Shown here: positions 29,999 through 39,680 of the stretch, piece by piece
How positions within the stretch are numbered: the stretch's first letter is position 1
Layout of the letters: each line of letters starts with the position of its first letter
Program-made: the position numbers and the translations under genes
NCBI GenBank assembly: GCA_050952525.1
Contig: JBMNLC010000001.1
Coordinates: forward strand, 340,123-404,122
DNA from: Clostridia bacterium
GTDB lineage: Bacteria > Bacillota > Clostridia > Christensenellales > JBMNLC01
Length of the DNA stretch: 64,000 bases
Direction of reading: 5' to 3'
The notes under the pieces: model-generated
Told to the model about the DNA's origin: nothing
What the model saw: the letters and a program-made list of their open reading frames with translations, nothing else
Database searches by the model: none

Positions 29999-31339
29999 TT
30001 AACGGAGAAAGCCGGGATCATATTTTTGAAGATATGCATGCTTATAGGCCATAATTTTTCTCAAGGAGGCAGCCAGACGATCAATTTCGTCATATGTATT
30101 ATAGAGACCAAAGCTGATTCGTACGACCCCGGGACGATATCGTGAAGGTGCCCGGATATGTTTTTGTATGTCATCGCCAGATAATTTTAACAGCCTTTGA
30201 ACATAAGGCTGAGCACAGAAACAACCGCTGCGCACGGCAATACCTTCCTCAAAAGAAAGGATATTCGCCGTTGTTTCGTGGTGAATGCCATCCAGATTAA
30301 AGGGTATAATTCCTACACTAGGACGATGATCGGATGCATCCGTGTACAAGTGGATGCCGGGTATATCCTTTAGGACATAGTGGGCATACTGACGCAACCT
30401 TTCCTCATAGGCAGCGATATTATTCATGCCGATGTATTGAAGAGTGTGGATGGCTGCCGAAAGGGCTACTGTCCCCATTACATTGGGAGAGCCTCCCTCC
30501 TCCTTTTGGGGAGGGGGATTCCAGCGTATATAATCATGGGTCACAAGATCAACGGTTCCTCCCCCAGGAAATTCCGGTTGTCCCTGCTCAAATAGAGATT
30601 TCGGTCCGATGAGCACACCCGTTCCAAAGGGGGCATACATTTTATGACCGGAAAATACTAAAAAATCAATTTCTTCTTCAGGATCAGAAGGATGCATATT
30701 GACAGAGACATGTGGCACTAGTTGGGCTCCATCCACCATGATACGAGCATGATTCCGGTGGGCCATTCTGGCGATCTCATGAATTGGGTTTATGTATCCC
30801 GTAACATTGGAGGCTCCCGTTATTGTAACCAGCTTGACACGGCCCCGGTACTGATCCAGTTTTTCTTTCAGATGCGGAAGGGAGAGCCTGCCGTCCTCAT
30901 CAACCCCGATATAGTCAACGGTAAATTTCCCCCTCCAAGGCAAATCATTGGAATGATGTTCCATATATGTAGATAAGATGACATCCTTGCCTTTTTCGTC
31001 TCGCAATCGATATGAGAGCTTGTTGATAGCTTCCGTGGTATTTTTAACGAAAATCACAACATCTTTTCGCCGGTCGGCTCCAACGAAGTCAGCCACAATA
31101 TTCCGGCTCATCTCATACATACTTGATGAAAGTCGGGATTTATATCCTGTTCCGCGATGAATGGAGGAATACCAGGGAGCGAAACGGTAAATTTCCTCCA
31201 TGACATGATAGAAAGGAGGAGTGGTGGCGGCATTATCAAAGTTTATACCTGTTATCCAAGCGCCGTTTGCCAGAGGAATTTTTTCCTCTACACCTACCAC
31301 CAAGGAACGGTAACTTATAGGATAGCGTTCAAAACCCAA
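29999..31339 (-). CDS. Aminotransferase class V / cysteine desulfurase (SufS-like)
   Basis: NFDNAATT, EHHSN, DGAQ, SGHKMY (PLP lysine) and RSGCFCA motifs. Confidence 0.88.
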   Translation of the reverse strand: MGFERYPISYRSLVVGVEEKIPLANGAWITGINFDNAATTPPFYHVMEEIYRFAPWYSSIHRGTGYKSRLSSSMYEMSRNIVADFVGADRRKDVVIFVKNTTEAINKLSYRLRDEKGKDVILSTYMEHHSNDLPWRGKFTVDYIGVDEDGRLSLPHLKEKLDQYRGRVKLVTITGASNVTGYINPIHEIARMAHRNHARIMVDGAQLVPHVSVNMHPSDPEEEIDFLVFSGHKMYAPFGTGVLIGPKSLFEQGQPEFPGGGTVDLVTHDYIRWNPPPQKEEGGSPNVMGTVALSAAIHTLQYIGMNNIAAYEERLRQYAHYVLKDIPGIHLYTDASDHRPSVGIIPFNLDGIHHETTANILSFEEGIAVRSGCFCAQPYVQRLLKLSGDDIQKHIRAPSRYRPGVVRISFGLYNTYDEIDRLAASLRKIMAYKHAYLQKYDPGFLR

Positions 31340-31484
31340 CGTTTTTCACCTACTTCCATTGTTTTCTAGATTATTGTATTCGAGTCCCTGAAAATTTGTG
31401 AGAAGAAGGAGCGGCAGAGTAAAATAAAGGAAAATGAAAAACGCCAACCCGAAGGTTGGTGTTTTTCAAGTGTTTTATGATTGA

Positions 31485-32012
31485 TCAGTATAGCCCATAA
31501 TAGCCTCTTCTTCGGAAGAGTTGGTTGATTAGAAGGATTGCCAACAAGCTTCTCAGCAAGCCTCTTCGGCCAAAATCACGTCCATACCCATACCCACCAG
31601 AGGGCATACCGTATGTGAAATCACCATAGGGATATCCGTAAAATTGGCTTGCTTCAACGTCCGATGGCTTGGATTGGGCTTTCATTTCATATTCCATGGC
31701 GTACTCAGCCAGGTCGGGATACATATGGCAGGTTTCCTCATACGCTTTATCTACCATACGATCAACGGCTTCTTGGGTTGGATAAGGCTGGTTCATATCG
31801 TCCATTTCATGGCAGACTTTTTCAATGATGGGATGCAGCCTGTAGTAGATTTCGGGATACATCACAGGGTATGCTGTGGCACCTCCTATCATAGGCGGGA
31901 CATTGGGTCGGTAGTGAGGCATATTTTCATAACCCGGTCTGCATGTATATGGAAGAGTGGTACCAGGTACATTCATCCAGGGTCCCATATAGGGATTCTC
32001 ATGCCAGTACAT
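31485..32012 (-). CDS. Tyr/Pro/Met-rich putative spore protein
   Basis: GGAGGTG RBS; YPEIYY motif; C-terminal LLAILLINQL-RRR; sigmaK-like promoter at 32069-32093. Confidence 0.7.
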   Translation of the reverse strand: MYWHENPYMGPWMNVPGTTLPYTCRPGYENMPHYRPNVPPMIGGATAYPVMYPEIYYRLHPIIEKVCHEMDDMNQPYPTQEAVDRMVDKAYEETCHMYPDLAEYAMEYEMKAQSKPSDVEASQFYGYPYGDFTYGMPSGGYGYGRDFGRRGLLRSLLAILLINQLFRRRGYYGLY

Positions 32013-32149
32013 AATGTCACCTCCGGTCTACTTTGCATTACTGGGATATCTTGCAGATATCCCATAATATCATATGCATATATTTCATCAAGTGACACCA
32101 TGGTATGTAAGGGAATTTTGCGCCATCATTTGTTGCATATGGAGAAGTT

Positions 32150-32285
32150 AAAAAAGCCCTCTCTATGACAGTTTCAAGATCAGGAAAGAGGTGAGGCTGG
32201 CAGGTTTCAGGGTCAGAGGCTATAGAGAGGGCGTTTATGGGCTATCTTGTGACAAAGCTGCAGATAGGTGATACATAGGGGATAC
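32150..32285 (-). ncRNA. Candidate sporulation sRNA
   Basis: SigmaK-like promoter at 32292-32317; no RBS-led ORF; an 11-bp stem followed by U6 at the 3' end. Confidence 0.35.
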
Positions 32286-32586
32286 ATTACTATGATATGA
32301 TGGCTTGCCGGATTTGTTCCACATTATCTGTTTTGAATATATGATTATGATATATTTTTTGATATCTTATCGCCTTATGAATGATTGGGGGAGATATTAA
32401 GCCGGAGAAAGCCTTCAGGCACTTGCTTTCCAGTCACATTATGCTCCATTGGATCATAAAATGGTAATAGATTTTTTCGGCCCTTATTGATAGCCTTTTA
32501 GCTAATCCGGTGAATACCATTGGTCTCAGAGGAAAGGGTACATTTGCCGGCAGTGGAGGAATAAAGATGGAAAGAGGGTTTCATTC

Positions 32587-33024
32587 ATGATTCACACCGG
32601 TATCGGTGAAAAGATACAGCAGTTGATACCCAAATACAGGAATGCACGCTTTGTTCACAATGGCCGTTCCTTGGAGGAAGGGATTGACTGTTTGGGTTTT
32701 ATTATTCTTTTTTATCGGGAATTCGGTATTTATATCCCGGATAATGATGGGAGGGAAATTGGGGAGGATTGGTTCAAAACTGATCCAGAGAGGTATATTC
32801 GGGCGATCCGTAAATTGAAAGGGAAAGAGGTGGGACCCGATGAGCTGAAGGCTTTGGACCTTGTGTATTTTGCCATCAGCCGAAATATTATTACCCATAC
32901 AGGTATCATGATTAACAACCGACAGTTTGTACATATGTCTCCGAAAAGCGGTTTTTTGGTCAGCAAGCTGGAGCGACACTGGCGTTCAAGATTTCGGGGA
33001 GCAATGCGGCTCATCGATGAGTGA
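32587..33024 (+). CDS. NlpC/P60 (C40) peptidase family protein
   Basis: GIDCLG catalytic Cys, DLVYF, THTGI and FVH motifs. Confidence 0.85.
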   Translation: MIHTGIGEKIQQLIPKYRNARFVHNGRSLEEGIDCLGFIILFYREFGIYIPDNDGREIGEDWFKTDPERYIRAIRKLKGKEVGPDELKALDLVYFAISRNIITHTGIMINNRQFVHMSPKSGFLVSKLERHWRSRFRGAMRLIDE

Positions 33025-33117
33025 GAATGGAATTCCTTGAACCCGGAAAAATCATTTTTATGAAGGACGGTTATAATAGCAGCAGAAACGGTGGCATAAA
33101 AGAAAGGATGAAACGAT

Positions 33118-34176
33118 ATGAAGCCGTTGGTTGCTATTACCAGGAGTCAATATATAGAGAGCGTCCATTCCGGTTATATTTGTGTGGTGGATGCCAATGG
33201 AAGCATTCAATTCAGCCTTGGGGACCCGAATACCCGCGTTTATTTCCGATCAGCTGCTAAACCCATCCAGTCTATACCCTTCCTGGAAAGTGGAGCGGCA
33301 GAAGCTTTGGGATTTTCTATGCAGGAGATTGCCATTGCCTGTGCTTCCCATACAGGACAGAAGATACACCAGGAGACCGTCCGAAAGCTCATGGAAAGGT
33401 TGCAACTGCAGGAAGAACAGCTGCACTGCGGTATAATGGAACCTTATAATAAAGAGGAAAAGGAAAGGCTGATAAGGGAAGGAAAAGAGCCAAGCGTTTT
33501 ACATAACAGCTGTTCAGGCAAACATGTTGCCATGATGGCTCTTGCTCTATATCGGGGTTATTCACTGGAGGATTATGAAAAGAAGGAGAATCCGGTTCAG
33601 CAGGAGGTTTTGAATGCCATTGCAGCTTTTGCCGGAGAAGAGCCTGAGTCAATCCCATTGGGTATTGATGGATGCGGAGTACCCGTTTTTCTTCTTCCCA
33701 TCCATAAGATTGCCCTGTCCTATGCCCGGTTAATGGCATGGTCTATGGATGACAGGCATCCATACTATAAGGCTAGCCAGAGAGTCTGTGAAGCCATGTG
33801 GGAACATCCGGAAATGGTTGCCGGTGACGGGGAATTTTGTACGGAATTGATGCGGGCAGCCAAAGGACAGATGGTCGGCAAGATCGGTGCCGAAGCGATT
33901 TACTGTGTGGGAGTGAAGAATCCTCCCACCGGTATCTGTGTGAAGATAAGGGATGGAAGTGAACGAGCTCTTTTTTCGGCTGTTTTACATACATTGAAGG
34001 AGTTGAGACTGCTGCACGATGATGTGTTTGCTGCTTTGCAGCATTGGTATCAACCTACCCTTTATAATCACCATGGAAAGGCCATCGGAGAGATGCTGCC
34101 GGTTTTTACTGCTGAATCTGCTCCCCATTCTTCGGAAATTTTGGGGAGAATGGTTTCGGAGCTATTAGACAAATAG
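33118..34176 (+). CDS. L-asparaginase II (Rhizobium AnsA-type)
   Basis: RSAAKPIQ, CASH, HNSCSGKH, DGCG and KIGAE motifs. Confidence 0.88.
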   Translation: MKPLVAITRSQYIESVHSGYICVVDANGSIQFSLGDPNTRVYFRSAAKPIQSIPFLESGAAEALGFSMQEIAIACASHTGQKIHQETVRKLMERLQLQEEQLHCGIMEPYNKEEKERLIREGKEPSVLHNSCSGKHVAMMALALYRGYSLEDYEKKENPVQQEVLNAIAAFAGEEPESIPLGIDGCGVPVFLLPIHKIALSYARLMAWSMDDRHPYYKASQRVCEAMWEHPEMVAGDGEFCTELMRAAKGQMVGKIGAEAIYCVGVKNPPTGICVKIRDGSERALFSAVLHTLKELRLLHDDVFAALQHWYQPTLYNHHGKAIGEMLPVFTAESAPHSSEILGRMVSELLDK

Positions 34177-34231
34177 AGCAAAGGAAAGGGCACCACCATG
34201 ATCAGATTCACGTGGTGCCCTTTATATAGTC

Positions 34232-34465
34232 TTAGGGAATAAGTTCATCAATAACTGCATACGTTCTTGGTCCTACAATCCCATCAACCACTAGCCCGTT
34301 TTCCCTCTGGAGTGCCTGAACAGCTCTGAAGGTCCTGGGACCGAATATCCCATCGATGGGGCCATTGTAATATCCCAGGCTTGCGAGTATATGCTGAAGC
34401 TGGACGACATCCGGCCCTCGGGAGCCTAACCTTAGGATCCTGCGGGTTATTGCCATGTCCTTCAT
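34232..34465 (-). CDS. Stand-alone peptidoglycan-binding domain protein
   Basis: LRLGSRGPDV..LQ..L...GY...DGIFG..T..AV...Q...DGIVG; sigmaK-like promoter at 34526-34551. Confidence 0.85.
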   Translation of the reverse strand: MKDMAITRRILRLGSRGPDVVQLQHILASLGYYNGPIDGIFGPRTFRAVQALQRENGLVVDGIVGPRTYAVIDELIP

Positions 34466-34576
34466 TCCTCCTTATATCCGTATGTAGTCAGGCTCCATGA
34501 AGGGATATCAAGGATCCGTTGATACATTATATGGTCTGTAGAGCAAAAAGTTCCGGGATTAGCATATTTTGAAGGT

Positions 34577-35332
34577 CTATTGTCCGGCTGCTTTCCGTAC
34601 CATTCTCTGGTGTTCAGAACACTTCGCGTTTTGAATATGGGTCTTGCTATTTAAGAAATGAATGCAGACCTGACCATCCATCCCATTACCCGGTATGGTT
34701 TCATATCCATGGGGCATGCCGTTGATAGAACCGGCGATGTATGTACTGCCGAATTTTACAAGGACGGCTCTTCTCTCCCAGCTCCAACTGCCACCATAGG
34801 TGGACAGCAGCTTCTGTGTGTCCGCTTTTGTAGCCGGCTCCACATCTGCATGGTTGGAGCCCCCAACTCGTACCATTCGATAGGAAATACCTGTTTCGTA
34901 ATCAACTACTGTAACGGAACTGCCTTTGGGGAACATCTTGTTCACAGATTTGAACCAGTCGACCAATTTACCCACCCGCGCAGCTCCTCCACGGGAAACC
35001 GGGCCTTTTGCCGTCTTTCTGTCCGTAATAATGGGTCTTCTTTTTGCCCGGTTGCTGTACAGGAAACCGGAGGTTTCAGGCCCCACCGTCCCGTCAACTT
35101 GCAGATTATTGGTTTGCTGGAAGACTGCTACGGCTTCCCGAGTGACACTGCCATAATATCCGGTGATTTTATAGTTGTAATAGCCTAAATCACGCAAGCG
35201 CATCTGAAGATTGATGACTCTATCTCCCGTACTCCCTATCTTTAGAATCTCAATTTCCTCACCACGAGCCTCTATAGGCGCAAGGGTGAGGAGCATGATC
35301 ATGCACAGGCATAAAGAGAATAAGCGTTTCAT
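34577..35332 (-). CDS. Secreted peptidoglycan-binding protein with C-terminal putative catalytic domain
   Basis: Signal peptide and PG_binding_1 repeat; C-terminal NHADVEP...GMPHG...CIHF. Confidence 0.8.
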   Translation of the reverse strand: MKRLFSLCLCMIMLLTLAPIEARGEEIEILKIGSTGDRVINLQMRLRDLGYYNYKITGYYGSVTREAVAVFQQTNNLQVDGTVGPETSGFLYSNRAKRRPIITDRKTAKGPVSRGGAARVGKLVDWFKSVNKMFPKGSSVTVVDYETGISYRMVRVGGSNHADVEPATKADTQKLLSTYGGSWSWERRAVLVKFGSTYIAGSINGMPHGYETIPGNGMDGQVCIHFLNSKTHIQNAKCSEHQRMVRKAAGQ

Positions 35333-35520
35333 GGTTCCTCCTCTTAAAGCGTAATGTTATCATTTCATATTTTACCACAATCTGGTGAAGGTTGTATAGC
35401 TTTTCGTTCAAGGAAGTAGGATTGACATTTTTTATTTTAAGGTTTGTCCTACGATGCGATAGAAGAAAAGGAGACCTGATCAAGGATGGTTCCTTTTTGT
35501 CTCCTTTATATTTCCTTATT

Positions 35521-36063
35521 CTATTCATCGTCTGTCTCTTCTTCAGGGAGCGAAATGCTATGGGCTCTGGGATTGGGTCTGTTGGGCATAGGTATGTTAC
35601 TCCCTGGCATGGGCATATTCACTCCGGGCATAGGCATATTGCTTCCAGGCATAGGCATGTTACCACCAGGCATGGGCATGGTACCACCAGGCATAGGCGT
35701 ATTGCCACCTGGCATAGGCATATTCCCTCCGGGCATGGGCATATAGCCTCCAGGTATGGGCATATTTCCACCAGGCATGGGCATATGGCCTCCAAACATA
35801 GGCATATTGCTCCCAGGTATTGGCATGTTGATTCCAGGCATAGGCATAGAGCCTGTATTCTCAGATGGGCATTGCATTCCGGGCATGGAAGGCATGGGAG
35901 CTCCGTTGCAGTGATGTAAGTACATTTGATAATGGTATTGAGCCATGGTCACATAGTGATGATGAATTCGCTCATAGCATTCTGAAAGGACCTTATAATG
36001 CATATACATCTCCCAATGGTGACGCATTATCATTTCATTGCTTGTTTCCGGTCTTTTTTCCAT
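35521..36063 (-). CDS. His/Tyr/Met-rich protein with MPMPGGN heptad repeats
   Basis: AAGGAG RBS; 13 heptad repeats; sigmaK-like promoter at 36127-36153. Confidence 0.75.
   Translation of the reverse strand: MEKRPETSNEMIMRHHWEMYMHYKVLSECYERIHHHYVTMAQYHYQMYLHHCNGAPMPSMPGMQCPSENTGSMPMPGINMPIPGSNMPMFGGHMPMPGGNMPIPGGYMPMPGGNMPMPGGNTPMPGGTMPMPGGNMPMPGSNMPMPGVNMPMPGSNIPMPNRPNPRAHSISLPEEETDDE
35575..35847 (-). repeat. Coding 21-bp tandem repeat, ~13 copies
   Basis: Periodic ggcat(a/g)ggcat units encoding MPMPG(G/S)N. Confidence 0.9.
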
Positions 36064-36256
36064 GTATGGATTTCACTCCTTTCCGCTAATGTTTTTTATG
36101 AACATGAAGGATGATCGGCCTATCATATCATATGAAATGGGATGGAAGGTTGTGATGCCATAGCTGATCTATTGATTTTTTTATATGGAAAGGATATAGT
36201 AAAGCCGGAATGAAAAAGAGATAAACCGGCTTTATCAGTAGAAAGGGGATGGGTTG

Positions 36257-36466
36257 ATGCAGTGCGGATGTCCTGAATGCGGCACTCTGATGGCCCAGGT
36301 AGTGAAAGGCTTTGACAGCTATTGTCAATGTCCGGCTTGCCTGCATAAATGCCGCGATTGTTTAGGCAGGGATGAAGGCTTTTCTACCTTTATTCCAAAG
36401 GCAGTAAGGGACAAGGGCAAGTTATTGGAAAGGTTTAGGAAAAGTCACAATATCATAAAAAAATGA
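36257..36466 (+). CDS. Small Cys-rich zinc-ribbon-like protein
   Basis: CGCPEC, CQCPAC and CRDC motifs. Confidence 0.65.
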   Translation: MQCGCPECGTLMAQVVKGFDSYCQCPACLHKCRDCLGRDEGFSTFIPKAVRDKGKLLERFRKSHNIIKK

Positions 36467-36568
36467 TGGGGGAAGCAACATTTTTGATAGAAATGAACGG
36501 ATAAAAGCTGTACAATTATATTGTTATATATATTGTTATGAATGAGATATGAGAAGGAGGAAGAGGGA

Positions 36569-37867
36569 ATGCCTAAAATTACTTTTTTGGGAGCCGGCAG
36601 CACTGTTTTTGCGAAAAATGTTCTGGGTGACTGTATGATGACACCTGCCTTGCGGGATTCCCACATTGCTTTGTTTGATATTGATCTCCAAAGACTAAAG
36701 GATTCGGAGGCTATGTTGAATAACATCAACAAAAACAACGGTGGACATGCAAAAATCGTTGCCTACACGGATCGGAAAGAAGCTTTGAGGGATGCAGATT
36801 ACGTGGTGAACGCCGTTCAGGTAGGGGGATATGAGCCCTGTACTGTGATCGATTTCGAGGTGCCCAAGAAGTATGGTCTGCGCCAGACCATCGGTGATAC
36901 CCTGGGAATTGGCGGTATCTTCAGGGCTTTGCGCACCATTCCGGTCATGCTGGATTTTGCCCGGGATATTGAAGAAGTCTGTCCTGACGCCTGGTTCCTG
37001 AACTATACCAATCCTATGGCGATGCTGACAGGGGCTATGCTCCGTGCTACCGGAGTGAAGACAGTAGGACTTTGTCACAGCGTTCAAGCCTGTGCAGAAT
37101 GGCTTTTGAAAGGCCTGGGAATGGAGTATGATGAAAAGGTTCAATGGAAGATTGCAGGTATTAACCATATGGCCTGGCTATTGGAGATTACCAGAGACGG
37201 TAAAGACCTTTACCCCGAAATCAAAGAAAGGGCTTTGAAAAGACCTACTCCCCATAATGATATGGTCCGATATGAGATTATGAAGCAGTTTGGTTACTAT
37301 GTGACCGAATCCAGTGAGCACAATGCGGAATACATGCCATATTTTATCAAGAACCAGTATCCTGAACTGATTGAAAGGTTTAATGTACCGTTGGATGAGT
37401 ATCCACGCCGCTGTGTAAACCAGATCAAAGGCTGGGAAAAGATGCGGGAGGATCTTGTAAACAATAAGGATCTTACCCATACACGGACCAATGAATATGC
37501 TTCCTATATCATGGAGGCGATGGAAACCAACGTACCATATAAAATCGGTGGGAACGTATTGAATAACGGATTGATTCCAAACCTTCCCTCCAATGCCTGC
37601 GTTGAAGTACCCTGCCTTGCAGATGCCAGTGGCGTTACACCTTGCTATGTAGGAGAGCTGCCTACCCAGCTGGCTGCATTGAACATGACCAATATCAATG
37701 TGCAGCTGCTGACCATCGAAGCAGCGTTGACGCTAAAGAAAGACGCTATCTATCATGCAGCTATGCTGGATCCCCATACTTCTGCAGAGCTGCCCATTGA
37801 TTCCATCAAGGCTATGGTGGATGATTTGATTGAAGCCCATGGAGATTGGCTGCCCAAATATAAATAA
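36569..37867 (+). CDS. melA: Alpha-galactosidase, GH4 (NAD/Mn-dependent)
   Basis: GAGS..F, NYTNP, GLCHSV (alpha-galactosidase-type motif), GINH and VTESSEH. Confidence 0.88.
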   Translation: MPKITFLGAGSTVFAKNVLGDCMMTPALRDSHIALFDIDLQRLKDSEAMLNNINKNNGGHAKIVAYTDRKEALRDADYVVNAVQVGGYEPCTVIDFEVPKKYGLRQTIGDTLGIGGIFRALRTIPVMLDFARDIEEVCPDAWFLNYTNPMAMLTGAMLRATGVKTVGLCHSVQACAEWLLKGLGMEYDEKVQWKIAGINHMAWLLEITRDGKDLYPEIKERALKRPTPHNDMVRYEIMKQFGYYVTESSEHNAEYMPYFIKNQYPELIERFNVPLDEYPRRCVNQIKGWEKMREDLVNNKDLTHTRTNEYASYIMEAMETNVPYKIGGNVLNNGLIPNLPSNACVEVPCLADASGVTPCYVGELPTQLAALNMTNINVQLLTIEAALTLKKDAIYHAAMLDPHTSAELPIDSIKAMVDDLIEAHGDWLPKYK

Positions 37868-37891
37868 GATCATCGGATGATGCGTGCAAAA

Positions 37892-37922
37892 CAAACGAGG
37901 CTGCATATTTGCAGCCTCGTTT
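37892..37922. terminator. Bidirectional terminator
   Basis: caaacgaggctgca-tatt-tgcagcctcgttt between convergent genes. Confidence 0.75.
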
Positions 37923-37953
37923 GCTTATATGGAATAGACAGTCAAAGGGATGT

Positions 37954-39489
37954 CTAGTCCTCAGGGCATCTCTTTTTTATCCCTAGTTTTGACAAGTGCT
38001 TCCCGATATGTCGAATGAGTGCCTCTTCATATTCCTTTTCGTAGCTGTTCCAGGCATGATACAATCTGTCCCTGAACAGAGATGTACCGTCCTCTGCTTG
38101 GGCTTGCAGAATGAGACCATAGGTGATGTGGATCAGCTGTCGGGAATCATCCATATCCATGAGGCTAGGGAGTTCTTCATCGACCAAAGCATGGACATCG
38201 GGGATATTCTCCGTCCGGGCACTGATCTGATAATATTGTTTTGCCTCCTCCAGATGCTCCAGAGCATATTGGTGCATTTCACGGTACAAGGCAGGCTCGA
38301 AGCGGGCGATGATCCGCATGGCTTCCAACCAGTTGGTGCCGGCTGTCTTCACATGGACCCGTCCTTCTGTTATTCGCCCGACAATGGGAAAGATGCTGAA
38401 TTTATCACTCCCTGAATGAACGCTTATCTTGTATCCGAAATGAGATGCAATAACTTGGTGTAGGACAAACTCTCTTTCAAAGTCTGCGATATTTCCTATA
38501 TAATCGATACCCTTTTGGAACTCACCGCAAAAACGGGGAGCCAGGCTGCTAATGTTTACCCCTCCTTTGATTAATTGGGAAGCAACGAAGAAATGAGCCT
38601 GGGGCGAGGTAGGTGTCAGGGTCTCGTCGATGGACATCTCAAAGTCGATCGCTTTTTCCAAGGGTTTTAAGAGCTTGTTGTAAAGCTTTATGGTATAGTC
38701 TATGGATCGGCCATAGGTCAATACGATCCTTTTCAAAGAAATAGGATCAAAGGTAATGCTTTCACCGTTTTCCAGGGGGAAAGATCGATTCAGATACTTT
38801 CCTTCTAATTTCTGGACAAGGTCTTTTGGAAGCAATTGATAACGGGCTTCCACTTCTTCATTGGAAAGCTGGATAATGGTATTGTCGATATGGTCGGAGC
38901 AATCCAGGGTAATCATGGTATACCCGCAATCCAATGCCATTTGAACCTCTTCCTCGGTTTTGAGGTGGTCCCCATCCGCACCGAATCCATTCGTGTAGCC
39001 TTCCTGAAAAACCGCCCAACTAGCCGCATCCAATACCTCATCATATGTTCTCTGGGTAAGGTTCAGTTCCCGTATGGATTGCTGCGCCAGCACAGGAAAC
39101 ACAGGATAATCCTTGATAAGCTTCAGATGTCCGGGAGAAGCAAGCCCCAGCCTGTCGCCCAAGCCTATCGTTGTTGCATGACCTTTGTGGGAGACGGGCG
39201 CGGTAAATGGAAAGAGCTGCCTCAGCACCTTTGCATTTTCGTGACTTAAGGGACATGACTTCAGTTGGCCTTCAATAATGATATCCCCCTGAAAAGCTTC
39301 AAATATCCTGCCGGATCCTATGACGATCAAACGCTTCCGGTTTTCATCTTTAGCCAGGAAAAGAAGGTCGCCTTCCAGCTCATGAAGGGATTCCGGGTAG
39401 ATTCCATATTCCTCTGCGGTAGCTTTCAACACATCTAAACTCTGAGGGGGAAGGGAGTGTTGCTGATAGAAATCTCTCCAATTTTTCAT
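37954..39489 (-). CDS. uxaE: Tagaturonate/fructuronate epimerase
   Basis: GLGDRLG, AQQSIRE, GADGDHLK, EMSIDE, HSGSDKF and HVKTAGT motifs. Confidence 0.9.
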   Translation of the reverse strand: MKNWRDFYQQHSLPPQSLDVLKATAEEYGIYPESLHELEGDLLFLAKDENRKRLIVIGSGRIFEAFQGDIIIEGQLKSCPLSHENAKVLRQLFPFTAPVSHKGHATTIGLGDRLGLASPGHLKLIKDYPVFPVLAQQSIRELNLTQRTYDEVLDAASWAVFQEGYTNGFGADGDHLKTEEEVQMALDCGYTMITLDCSDHIDNTIIQLSNEEVEARYQLLPKDLVQKLEGKYLNRSFPLENGESITFDPISLKRIVLTYGRSIDYTIKLYNKLLKPLEKAIDFEMSIDETLTPTSPQAHFFVASQLIKGGVNISSLAPRFCGEFQKGIDYIGNIADFEREFVLHQVIASHFGYKISVHSGSDKFSIFPIVGRITEGRVHVKTAGTNWLEAMRIIARFEPALYREMHQYALEHLEEAKQYYQISARTENIPDVHALVDEELPSLMDMDDSRQLIHITYGLILQAQAEDGTSLFRDRLYHAWNSYEKEYEEALIRHIGKHLSKLGIKKRCPED

Positions 39490-39517
39490 ATGACACCTCC
39501 AGAAAGAATGGGTATGA

Positions 39518-39531
39518 TGTAAGCGTTTACA
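39518..39531. promoter_or_regulatory. LacI-family operator TGTAAGCGTTTACA (upstream of uxaE)
   Basis: Near-palindrome with central CG; an identical copy lies at 39635-39648. Confidence 0.75.
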
Positions 39532-39600
39532 ATTTCATTATAGTCCATATGAACTTGTTGTACAAGGAAGAACACAAAGCGATCTGCCGTAGGATGTCAG

Positions 39601-39649
39601 TTGACAGGCCGATGAAAGGGGCATATAATTTTCTTGTAAGCGTTTACAA
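39601..39649 (+). promoter_or_regulatory. Consensus sigmaA promoter plus second LacI operator
   Basis: TTGACA (39601) - 17 nt - TATAAT (39624), followed by TTGTAAGCGTTTACAA. Confidence 0.85.
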
Positions 39650-39680
39650 TTCTTGAAAGTAAATAGAATGGGTGTTGTTC

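Noticed and set aside
35392-35919. His/Arg-rich and Gly/Ile-rich + strand ORFs
   Set aside because: These are antisense shadows of the 21-bp coding repeat; the minus-strand ORF has the RBS and promoter.
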